In this document: one piece after another, positions 7,469 to 14,606 of the stretch
How the letters are laid out: every line of letters starts with the position of its first letter
Position numbering within the stretch: the first letter of the stretch is position 1
From: Verrucomicrobiota bacterium
Lineage (GTDB): Bacteria > Verrucomicrobiota > Verrucomicrobiia > Chthoniobacterales > Chthoniobacteraceae
NCBI GenBank assembly: GCA_041191265.1
Contig: JBEEPE010000220.1
Coordinates: 1-37,119, forward strand
Direction: 5' to 3'
DNA length: 37,119 nucleotides
Notes under the pieces: model-generated
The model's input: only the letters and a program-made list of their open reading frames with translations
Databases searched by the model: none
What the model was told of the DNA's origin: nothing
Program-made: the position numbers and the translations under genes

Positions 7469-9385
7469 CTAGAAGGTCCAGTGACGCGGTTTTCCTTGAG
7501 GCGGAGTGAGGACGATGTCGTCGAGTTCTACTGCTGCGGATCCGGACGGCAGATAGAGCCTTAGGATGCCGGACGTTTCCTTCACTGGGAGCACGATGGT
7601 GACAGTTTCCCACATGGATTCGCCGGTGACTTTGTAGGGCACGGTGAGTGTTTCGGTGGCGCCTGCGGCGGTTAAGAGCGTGACCTTTCCTTCGCCGGAT
7701 TGCGGGGCACGGACCCGAAAGGTGAGACGTGCAGCTCCGGCGGACAGGTTCGCACCAATGCCGAGGAAGGAGCCGTTGCCCTTGGAGCGCACGTTGAGGA
7801 CACCCTCGCGCACAACGGCAGATCCTGCTCGATTTTTCCACCCGCCGGGCAAGTCGTCGGGTGCAGATGGCTTTTTGATGGGTGTGGTCGAGGAGTCGCT
7901 GGGGAGGTTGCTGAAGTTGGGATTGAGTTTGGGAATTACGGCTTCGGTCTCCTTCAAAAAGTCGTCGAGCGCTGCATTGAGTTTGGCTGCGACATCGGGT
8001 TTCTCTTTCACGAGGTTTTGGCGTTCGCCCGGATCTTTGGCGAGGTCGTAGAGTTCGAGTTCGTCGGCCCCGTCGTCGGCCCGAGCATAAAAGCGGATGA
8101 GCTTGAGGTCGCCTTCACGGATGTATGAACCAGCATAGAAACCGTCCATCACGGCATCGCGCGTGGCGTTGCCGTGGGGGAAATGGCAGAAGATGCGCTT
8201 CCGCGGCGAGGTGCCACCGGTCAGGGCTGCGGTCTGATCGACCCCGTCGGTCTTTTGGTCAGGTTTCGGTGATGCTCCGCAGACATTGAGGAGGGTGGGG
8301 TAAAGGTCGGTCGACTGAATGAGGAAGTCGGCGGTCTTTCCGGCTTGGACTTTGCCGGGCCAGACGACGATTGCCGGTTCGCGAGTGCCCCCCTCATACA
8401 AGGAGGCTTTGCCGCTGCGATATGGCAAGTTGCTGGTGGCGGGGATTGAGGCGAAACCTGCGGGGTCGGTTTGTTTGGGGGGGTAGGCGAAGCCGCCATT
8501 ATCGGACCAGAACACAATCAAGGTATTGGCTGCTTCGCCAGATTCTTCGAGGTGGTGAAGAAGTCGACCCACGGCGTCGTCCATGCGTTTGACCATGGCC
8601 GCGTAGAGGGGATTTTTTTGGGGATTGGCGGGGTCGACTTTCTTTTTGAAGTGTTCGATGTCGTCAGGGCGCGCATTCCAAGGGGAGTGAACGGAGTAGA
8701 GCCAGAAGTTGACGAAGAAGGGTTTGCCTTTGCTGGCGCGGATAAACTGGCCGGCTTCGTCGGCCATGCGCTCGTCCACATGGCGGCCGGCCTTGTCTTG
8801 GATGGAGGGGTCGTTGATGAACTTGGACCACGGCGCGAAGTAACCTCCGCCGGGGCCTGGTGCTTTGGGTGTATGGGGCCAATCGACTTCGAAACCTTGG
8901 TCACGCGGTTCGTAGGAATCTCCGGGAGCTAGGTTGTGTCCGAGGTGCCATTTTCCGAAGTGAGCGGTTGCGTAGCCCGAATCTTTCAACGCTTCGGCGA
9001 GCGTGTAGTAGCTGGGTTGCAGCCGAGTAAGCGAGTTTGCGACGTTGACGCGTGCGTTTGAGGTGAGGAGTTTTTTTTCTAGGGTCACCTTCGGCAGATG
9101 GCAGGCTGGGGCTGTGATGCCGGTTCGCGCGGGATGCTGACCGACCATGATACTTGCGCGGGTGGGGGAGCAGAGGGGGCTTGCGGAATAGGCATTGGTT
9201 AGCCTGACACCGCGTGCGGCTAGGCGGTCGAGGTTTGGGGTTTCGTAGAAACGGCTGCCGAAGCATCCCAAATCTCGCGCGCCGAGGTCGTCCGCGAGGA
9301 TGAGCAGCACGTTCGGGCGGTCCGCAGCGAAGGCGGACAATGAGAGGAAGAGAAGGTTCGCGACGAGTGTGAGGGCGGATTTCAT
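7469..9385 (-). CDS. Secreted Cys-type sulfatase with an extra C-terminal beta-rich (CBM-like) domain
   Basis: Signal peptide MKSALTLVANLLFLSLSAFA. Motifs: PNVLLILADDLG and C-S-P-T-R in PLCSPTRASIMVG. After an S/T/P linker (aa about 490-512) there are about 125 additional residues not found in the other two sulfatases. Confidence 0.9.
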   Translation of the reverse strand: MKSALTLVANLLFLSLSAFAADRPNVLLILADDLGARDLGCFGSRFYETPNLDRLAARGVRLTNAYSASPLCSPTRASIMVGQHPARTGITAPACHLPKVTLEKKLLTSNARVNVANSLTRLQPSYYTLAEALKDSGYATAHFGKWHLGHNLAPGDSYEPRDQGFEVDWPHTPKAPGPGGGYFAPWSKFINDPSIQDKAGRHVDERMADEAGQFIRASKGKPFFVNFWLYSVHSPWNARPDDIEHFKKKVDPANPQKNPLYAAMVKRMDDAVGRLLHHLEESGEAANTLIVFWSDNGGFAYPPKQTDPAGFASIPATSNLPYRSGKASLYEGGTREPAIVVWPGKVQAGKTADFLIQSTDLYPTLLNVCGASPKPDQKTDGVDQTAALTGGTSPRKRIFCHFPHGNATRDAVMDGFYAGSYIREGDLKLIRFYARADDGADELELYDLAKDPGERQNLVKEKPDVAAKLNAALDDFLKETEAVIPKLNPNFSNLPSDSSTTPIKKPSAPDDLPGGWKNRAGSAVVREGVLNVRSKGNGSFLGIGANLSAGAARLTFRVRAPQSGEGKVTLLTAAGATETLTVPYKVTGESMWETVTIVLPVKETSGILRLYLPSGSAAVELDDIVLTPPQGKPRHWTF

Positions 9386-9533
9386 CGGTGTAAGGGTTTG
9401 GAGTTGAGGCGGAAAATGCGGGGTTCATCGCCGCTGCTTTTGAACTCGATGGACTTTATTTCGATGCCGGTTGCAGCTTTTGGCGGAGTGATGCGAAGAG
9501 GGATGGTGCGAGCGCGCTCGCTGAGTGGCCCGG

Positions 9534-11819
9534 CTATTTTTGGGGTGAGGCATTCTCGGGACGACTACGGTTCATGCCTTGGGCCCTACTCTTCACTAGG
9601 TTTTTCAGAGCGGCGTCTTTGCTGATGAGTTTTCCGGCCAGCACGTCTTCTTCACGGAAGCGGGCAAACAGAATTTCGGCATCGCGATCGCGGTTTCGGT
9701 CGTAGTGAACGTAAAGGTCGCCGGTGGGTGTCTGCGCGATGTCTGGGTACGAGACGCCGGGACGTTCGTCGAGGAGCAGGCCGCCGGACCACGTTTTGCC
9801 TTCATCCGTGGTGAGGAATGCGGTGAGTTCTTGTCGGGCAGGTGTGGCTTGCGTGATGTCTTGGCCGTGTCGAATGACGAGCATGTTTCCAGAGTGAAGG
9901 CGTCGGATGACGGCTTTGCTGTTTACGTGCGGGAAAAGAGAGGACTGCGGCTTCCACGTTTTGCCACCATCGTCTGAGAAGCTCTGGAATGTAGCTTTCA
10001 TGCCGCGCGAGAGCATCCAGAGGGTGCCGTCTTGCTTCTCCGCCACGGTGTGTTCGTTGAAGCAACTGTCTTCGTAAATGATGCCGCCGCGATACCGCCA
10101 ATGGCCGCCCTCGTCGTCGGAGACGAAGACATTGGCGCCGCGCACAGGGTCGAGTTCGCGGTAGCAATCGGCGAAAGGCTTGTCGATATGCCAGCGTTCC
10201 CAGAGGGACACTGGCAGAATCCATTCACCGTTTTTTCGGACGATGGGTTTGTTCAGCGAAGCGCCGAAGCCGATATAAACTGGCTGTGTCCAAACGGGGT
10301 TTTCCGCATCTGGGTTGTCGCATCGGACAAACCAGTTACTGCAACTGCCGTCAAACATGCCGACCGACTGGTGGAAGAACAGCCAGAGTCTTCCTTTTGG
10401 ATCGCACCAAAACGAACCAAGTCGCGTCCCCATTTTGAGACCGTGCGCCTGTGGATCGATGACGAATACTGGGTCACGCCATGACTTTCCCTGATTGTCA
10501 CTGTAGCTCGCGAGCAGATAGGCGTTTGGCCCGTCTTGTCCGCCCGCCCAACAGGTCCAGAGTCTGCCCTTGGAGGTGGACTCGATGCTGGCGGCCATGG
10601 CGAACGGTAGGTACTTCTGCGCGTAGGTGGGGAAGGGGTTGAAGATGAGCTTCGGGGTGACGTGGATGCTGTTCAGCAGGCCCTGCGTCACCTTGGGAGT
10701 TGGTGGGGTTGAAGGCTTATCGAGTTTGTTCACCACTTGTTTCAAACGCATGGCACCCGAAACGTTTTTGCCGGCAGCCACATCCTCTTCCCTGAAGTTC
10801 GCCAACAGAATCTCTCCCTGTCCACCGCGATCACGGTCGTAGGTGATCCAGATGAGGCCATTCTTTTCCTGCACGCCGTCGGGGTAGGACACGCCTTTTC
10901 GTTCATCAAGGAGCAGGCCCTCATTCCAAGTCTCGCCGTCGTCGGTGGAGAGCTGTGCGGTGAGATGGCTACGGCCGGTGAAGTGGTGGTGATTCACGAG
11001 CAGCAGGTGGCCTGAGGCGAGGCGGCGGATGAAGAAGCGTGAGTGCGGAGTGGCAATGGTTGTGGGCCTGCCTTCGGACCAGGTGCGACCTTTGTCGGAT
11101 GAAAGACTTTCCCACAGTACCTTCTCGGTACGGATGAGCATCCAGAGGCGCCCGTCCTTCCGTTCGACGATCATGTTTTCGAGCCCCGCCTTTTCTGTTT
11201 TAACCGCGCCTTGAAGTTTCCACGTCTTGCCTTCGTCGGTTGAGAGAGCCGCGCCGAAGACCTGTTTGGGATCAAAGCCAGCCCAACCCGTTAACGGTTC
11301 TAGGGCATGAACGACTGGCAGTATCCACTCGCCTGTCGAGAGCACGACGGGTTTGTTCATACGAAAGCTGAACGGGCTTTCAAATCCGATGCGAAACTCC
11401 TCGCCCCAAACTGGTTGCGTGGCGTCTGGGAAGTCGCAGATTCGGGCATAGACGCCGTGGTGAGTGCTGTCCTTGATGCTCCGGTTGAAGAGGTACCAGA
11501 GGCGCCCTTTCGGATCGGTCCACAGGCAAGGGTCGTAGCAGCGGGTGCCATCGGTGAGCGGGAGCGCCATCGCTTTTGGTGCGGTAAACGTTTTACCGTC
11601 ATCGTCGCTATGCGCTAGGACGACGGTATTAAGGGGTTCGGGCTCTTTGGTGCCTCCGGTGAACCACGAGACAAATACGCGGCCTTTTGCCGAGCGTTCG
11701 AGGCCGGGGATCCCTTGCCAGGTGCGCTTGGCGAGATCCATTGGAACAGGTTCAGCCGCATGCAAAAGTGCGTGAACCAACGAGAGAAGAGCGATGAGAA
11801 AAGGGGTGGAGTGTTTCAT
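9534..11819 (-). CDS. Secreted protein with two tandem BNR/Asp-box (sialidase-like, BNR_2-type) beta-propeller modules
   Basis: Trimmed to MKHSTPFLIALLSLVHALLHA (CAT at 11817-11819). Asp-boxes are SDDDGKTF, STDEGKTW, SSDKGRTW, STDDGETW in module 1 and SDNQGKSW, SDDEGGHW, SDDGGKTW, TTDEGKTW in module 2. Confidence 0.8.
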   Translation of the reverse strand: MKHSTPFLIALLSLVHALLHAAEPVPMDLAKRTWQGIPGLERSAKGRVFVSWFTGGTKEPEPLNTVVLAHSDDDGKTFTAPKAMALPLTDGTRCYDPCLWTDPKGRLWYLFNRSIKDSTHHGVYARICDFPDATQPVWGEEFRIGFESPFSFRMNKPVVLSTGEWILPVVHALEPLTGWAGFDPKQVFGAALSTDEGKTWKLQGAVKTEKAGLENMIVERKDGRLWMLIRTEKVLWESLSSDKGRTWSEGRPTTIATPHSRFFIRRLASGHLLLVNHHHFTGRSHLTAQLSTDDGETWNEGLLLDERKGVSYPDGVQEKNGLIWITYDRDRGGQGEILLANFREEDVAAGKNVSGAMRLKQVVNKLDKPSTPPTPKVTQGLLNSIHVTPKLIFNPFPTYAQKYLPFAMAASIESTSKGRLWTCWAGGQDGPNAYLLASYSDNQGKSWRDPVFVIDPQAHGLKMGTRLGSFWCDPKGRLWLFFHQSVGMFDGSCSNWFVRCDNPDAENPVWTQPVYIGFGASLNKPIVRKNGEWILPVSLWERWHIDKPFADCYRELDPVRGANVFVSDDEGGHWRYRGGIIYEDSCFNEHTVAEKQDGTLWMLSRGMKATFQSFSDDGGKTWKPQSSLFPHVNSKAVIRRLHSGNMLVIRHGQDITQATPARQELTAFLTTDEGKTWSGGLLLDERPGVSYPDIAQTPTGDLYVHYDRNRDRDAEILFARFREEDVLAGKLISKDAALKNLVKSRAQGMNRSRPENASPQK
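9594..11729 (-). repeat. Intragenic tandem duplication of a roughly 370-aa BNR propeller module
   Basis: Collinear matches between the halves: DPKGRLWYLF/DPKGRLWLFF; NKPVVLSTGEWILPV/NKPIVRKNGEWILPV; GLLLDERKGVSYPD/GLLLDERPGVSYPD; ILLANFREEDVAAGK/ILFARFREEDVLAGK. The modules are joined by the linker KLDKPSTPPTPKV (about 10650-10727). Confidence 0.75.
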
Positions 11820-12326
11820 GAGGACGACGTGCTGTAACGGTGCGGCCAAATCCCTTGCCGCGTTTGATTAGCACGCCCTGCATCACGAAATGGACCAGCG
11901 GCGACGGGGATTAGTGAGAGGCCCTGTGCACCCAGAGCAGGGGACGAAAGCGCGGGCAGCCATGGAGGCTCAGAAAGTTGCCGTCAGGCACCGAAGTGTC
12001 ATCGCTGGGAAGATGCTTGGGAGAACCATCCCCGTGGCATACGGCTCAGAGATGATATTGGCAAAACTTTGCGGGAGCGTGAGTCGGCGGCGCTGGGTGA
12101 AGGTGGCTTTCCTGATGCGGTCCAACCGCATCCGAGAGACGACGGCTGCGGAGGCCTTCCGCTGCGAACGGGTTTCTCTAGCGATGCTCGGCGTTTGGAG
12201 TTTCTCGGGCGGCTCCTCTTCCTCAAAAGCTGAGGGCCTTCGGAGGCGGTGAGGCTCGGGTGGATGACTGCCGTTGGGCTTTGATTTGGACGAATTTTGT
12301 GATTTGTGCGCGACTTTGGGACGGAA

Positions 12327-12347
12327 ATGCCATACTCAGTATGGCAT
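12327..12347. promoter_or_regulatory. Palindromic candidate operator overlapping the vapB start codon
   Basis: ATGCCATAC-TCA-GTATGGCAT has perfect 9-bp arms and a 3-nt spacer. The last two bases are the AT of the vapB ATG (12346). TA antitoxins typically autoregulate through such palindromes. Confidence 0.5.
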
Positions 12348-12612
12348 GAAAATGACGATTCGCATTGATGAAGATTTGCTTGATCGGGTGATTGAGCGGT
12401 TTGGGTTTGCGAGTAAGACGGAGGCGGTGGAAATGGCGTTGAGGGAGATGGATCGAAAGGCACGTTTTCGGGAGTTCGCGAAGGCGGGGTTGGGGCTGAG
12501 TGCGGAGGAGTTGAAGGGGGCCGTTGATCCTGATTACGAAGTTGCCGCAATGCGTGTGGCTGAGAGGTCGGCGGTTTATCGTTCGGGCAAGGCGGGTGAA
12601 TCATCGCGATGA
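12346..12612 (+). CDS. vapB: Type II antitoxin, VapB family (DUF2191/RHH-like)
   Basis: MKMTIRIDEDLLDRVIERFGFASKTEAVEMALREM is the classic N-terminus of VapB-type antitoxins. The stop overlaps the vapC start (ATGA at 12609-12612). The start could alternatively be the ATG at 12352. Confidence 0.7.
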   Translation: MKMTIRIDEDLLDRVIERFGFASKTEAVEMALREMDRKARFREFAKAGLGLSAEELKGAVDPDYEVAAMRVAERSAVYRSGKAGESSR

Positions 12613-13016
12613 GCGGGCCCTGTCTGGTGGACAGCAACGTTTACATCGGCCTTTTGCGCCGAGGGATTGATCCGTCCCTTGCGTTGACGGACTGGATTGG
12701 GGACGGCGATTTGGCCATTTGCGGGATGGTCCGGATGGAGGTTGAGCGGGGCTTAAAGGTGGAGAGGATTCGTCGCCGGTTGAGTTCCTTTTTTGATGTG
12801 TTGCTGAACATTCCCACGACCAACCGCATTTGGGAGGAGGCGGCAGCGCAGGCTTGGTCGCTCGATCGGCGTGGGTTGATTTTGCCCGCGCAGGACATCT
12901 TGATTGCGATGTGTGCGAAGGAAATTGGGGCGTCGGTTTTGAGTGACGACCGGCATTTCGATTTATTGCCCGGGCTGAGAGTCCTGCGTCCGGAAGACAC
13001 GCTGAAAGACTGGTGA
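12609..13016 (+). CDS. vapC: PIN-domain ribonuclease toxin, VapC family
   Basis: 135 aa. The PIN acidic residues are in the expected order: D8 (LVDSN), E44 (RMEVE), D96 (AQDILIA), D113/D114 (SDDRHF). It is translationally coupled to vapB. Confidence 0.85.
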   Translation: MSGPCLVDSNVYIGLLRRGIDPSLALTDWIGDGDLAICGMVRMEVERGLKVERIRRRLSSFFDVLLNIPTTNRIWEEAAAQAWSLDRRGLILPAQDILIAMCAKEIGASVLSDDRHFDLLPGLRVLRPEDTLKDW

Positions 13017-13246
13017 AACCGGGGGTGCTGGCCAGTACGGGCCAGAGCGAAAGTGACTGCCTGGATCGGGGTGAAAAAGTGGGGCAACCCTTTCGGATCA
13101 CCCCTTCGCAGTTGCGAGCAGTTGGCGTCACTCTTGCATGAATCTTCTCACCAGCAACGCTTTTTCCATTTCAAAATCCGCGTCGCCCGTCCAAGTCTGC
13201 AAGGGTCGCGTGGTATCTGGCGACGCTTTCGATGGTGGCTTCGGCG

Positions 13247-14452
13247 TTAGGGTTGTTGGAGCCACTCGAGGTTGAAGCGGGCGAGGGTGAGTCGGCCGCC
13301 TGACCATGCGGTCATTCCCCTGCTATCGCCCGCTCGGCCGTAGAAGCACAGGATGGTGCCGGCCTTTGTCACGGCGAGGTCCGAGTAGGCGCTGGGCCCT
13401 TCTTCGAGCCGTTTCGTCACGGGCCAGGACTGGCCCTCGTCGCGACTGAGTTTGATGCTGACGTTCGTGCGGTCGCGGAATCCCCCGGGTTCGGCCTTGC
13501 CCTTTGCCCTTTCGAGGTTGTGTGGGTTGGAGAAGAGAATGAGGTTTTGGCCGCCGTGGTGGTAACGGACGATTCCTCCCATGCAGATGGGTTCAATCAG
13601 GGCGTCGTCGAATTTTGGCGTGCCCCACTGCGTCGCCCCATCGGGACTGGTGACGATGAGACGGCGATTGGCCTTCGACTCGCTGCGCACGTTGAGCATC
13701 ACGCGTCCGTCGGTGAGTTCGATGGCGACGGTCTCGTTTGGATTGATCCATTCCTCGGTGCAGGGCACGGCGATATCACCGGCTTTCCACGATTTACCTT
13801 GGTCATCACTGTAAATGGAGGCCGTCACGCTGGGTCGGTGTGCGTTGCCGCCTTCGCCGGTCGAAAGCCAAACGGGGACCAATAACCGGCCCGTTTTGAG
13901 TTGGATGCTGTGGTTTGGCCCAGTCGCCAGAACCTTCCAGGCGTAGTCTTTTTTGAATGCCTCGAAGGTTCCGGTGATCTCAGCCGGCTTTGACCAACTC
14001 AGGCCGTCATCGTCGCTGCGCTGATAAAAGCAGCGCTCGTATTCGAGGCAGAAAAGCATGTGCACGGTGCCGTCCTTGTCTGCGATCAGGACAGGATTGT
14101 TGTAGGTCACGTCGGTGGGTTCCACGTTCTTCATGCGCAGGGCAAACGGGTTCTTGCGTTTCGGTCCCTCCACATTGGCGATGCTTTGCGGCTCGCTCCA
14201 CGTTTTACCGTCGTCGGTGCTGCGGCGGAGAAGGATCCGGATGTCGTCCCAATCGCTGACGCCTGCTGGACGTTTCCGTGCTTCACACCATGCGAGTACG
14301 GTGCCCTTGGCCGTCACAACGACGCCGGGGATGTGGTAAATGTTGAAATCAGGATTGTCTCCGATGGTGAAGAGATCTCGTTTTTCGAGAAAGGGTTCGG
14401 CAGCTGCTAAGGCGGAGACGGCGAGGAGAAGCGTCGCGAGAAGGGCTTTCAT
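13247..14452 (-). CDS. Secreted exo-alpha-sialidase-like protein (GH33-like six-bladed propeller)
   Basis: Trimmed to MKALLATLLLAVSALAAAEP (CAT at 14450-14452). Asp-boxes: STDDGKTW, SDDDGLSW, SDDQGKSW, SPDGATQW, SRDEGQSW. The N-terminal motif YHIPGVVV sits where sialidases carry (F/Y)RIP, followed by SDWDDI. Confidence 0.8.
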   Translation of the reverse strand: MKALLATLLLAVSALAAAEPFLEKRDLFTIGDNPDFNIYHIPGVVVTAKGTVLAWCEARKRPAGVSDWDDIRILLRRSTDDGKTWSEPQSIANVEGPKRKNPFALRMKNVEPTDVTYNNPVLIADKDGTVHMLFCLEYERCFYQRSDDDGLSWSKPAEITGTFEAFKKDYAWKVLATGPNHSIQLKTGRLLVPVWLSTGEGGNAHRPSVTASIYSDDQGKSWKAGDIAVPCTEEWINPNETVAIELTDGRVMLNVRSESKANRRLIVTSPDGATQWGTPKFDDALIEPICMGGIVRYHHGGQNLILFSNPHNLERAKGKAEPGGFRDRTNVSIKLSRDEGQSWPVTKRLEEGPSAYSDLAVTKAGTILCFYGRAGDSRGMTAWSGGRLTLARFNLEWLQQP

Positions 14453-14508
14453 GGGACGTGGTTTATTTGGGGGGTGGTGAAGGGGAGACACCTTTCCGGT
14501 GTATGCTG

Positions 14509-14524
14509 GAATCTGGCCAGATTC
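14509..14524. promoter_or_regulatory. 16-bp perfect palindrome upstream of the sialidase-like gene (candidate operator)
   Basis: GAATCTGGCCAGATTC is centred about 65 nt upstream of the ATG at 14452, in the 154-nt gap after the ClC gene. Confidence 0.35.
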
Positions 14525-14606
14525 TGTATTTGCGGCGGTTTTCGAGCAGGGATTTGCGGTTTTTGCTACACAAGACGGGAGACGGGCCCCCGCCCGGCGG
14601 TAGCAC

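Noticed and set aside
9508-9521. 14-bp perfect palindrome GCGAGCGCGCTCGC just after the tandem-BNR gene stop.
   Set aside because: It is pure alternating-GC-type sequence with no loop and no U-tract, in a GC-rich genome. It is too weak to call a terminator or operator.
11890-12252. 120-aa plus-strand ORF, and the 212-aa minus-strand ORF (11999-12637), in the spacer before vapB.
   Set aside because: The composition is Arg-rich or Pro/Ser-rich, there is no recognisable motif, and the minus-strand ORF runs antisense through vapB. They are treated as non-coding. The region is reported as an unexplained spacer instead.
13017-13246. 230-nt spacer between the convergent vapC and sialidase genes, with short stems CTGGCC-N6-GGCCAG and GGGGTGA-N21-TCACCCC.
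   Set aside because: The stems are short or have large loops and no U-tracts on either strand, and no ORF or RNA motif was recognised. Nothing can be supported beyond calling it a spacer.
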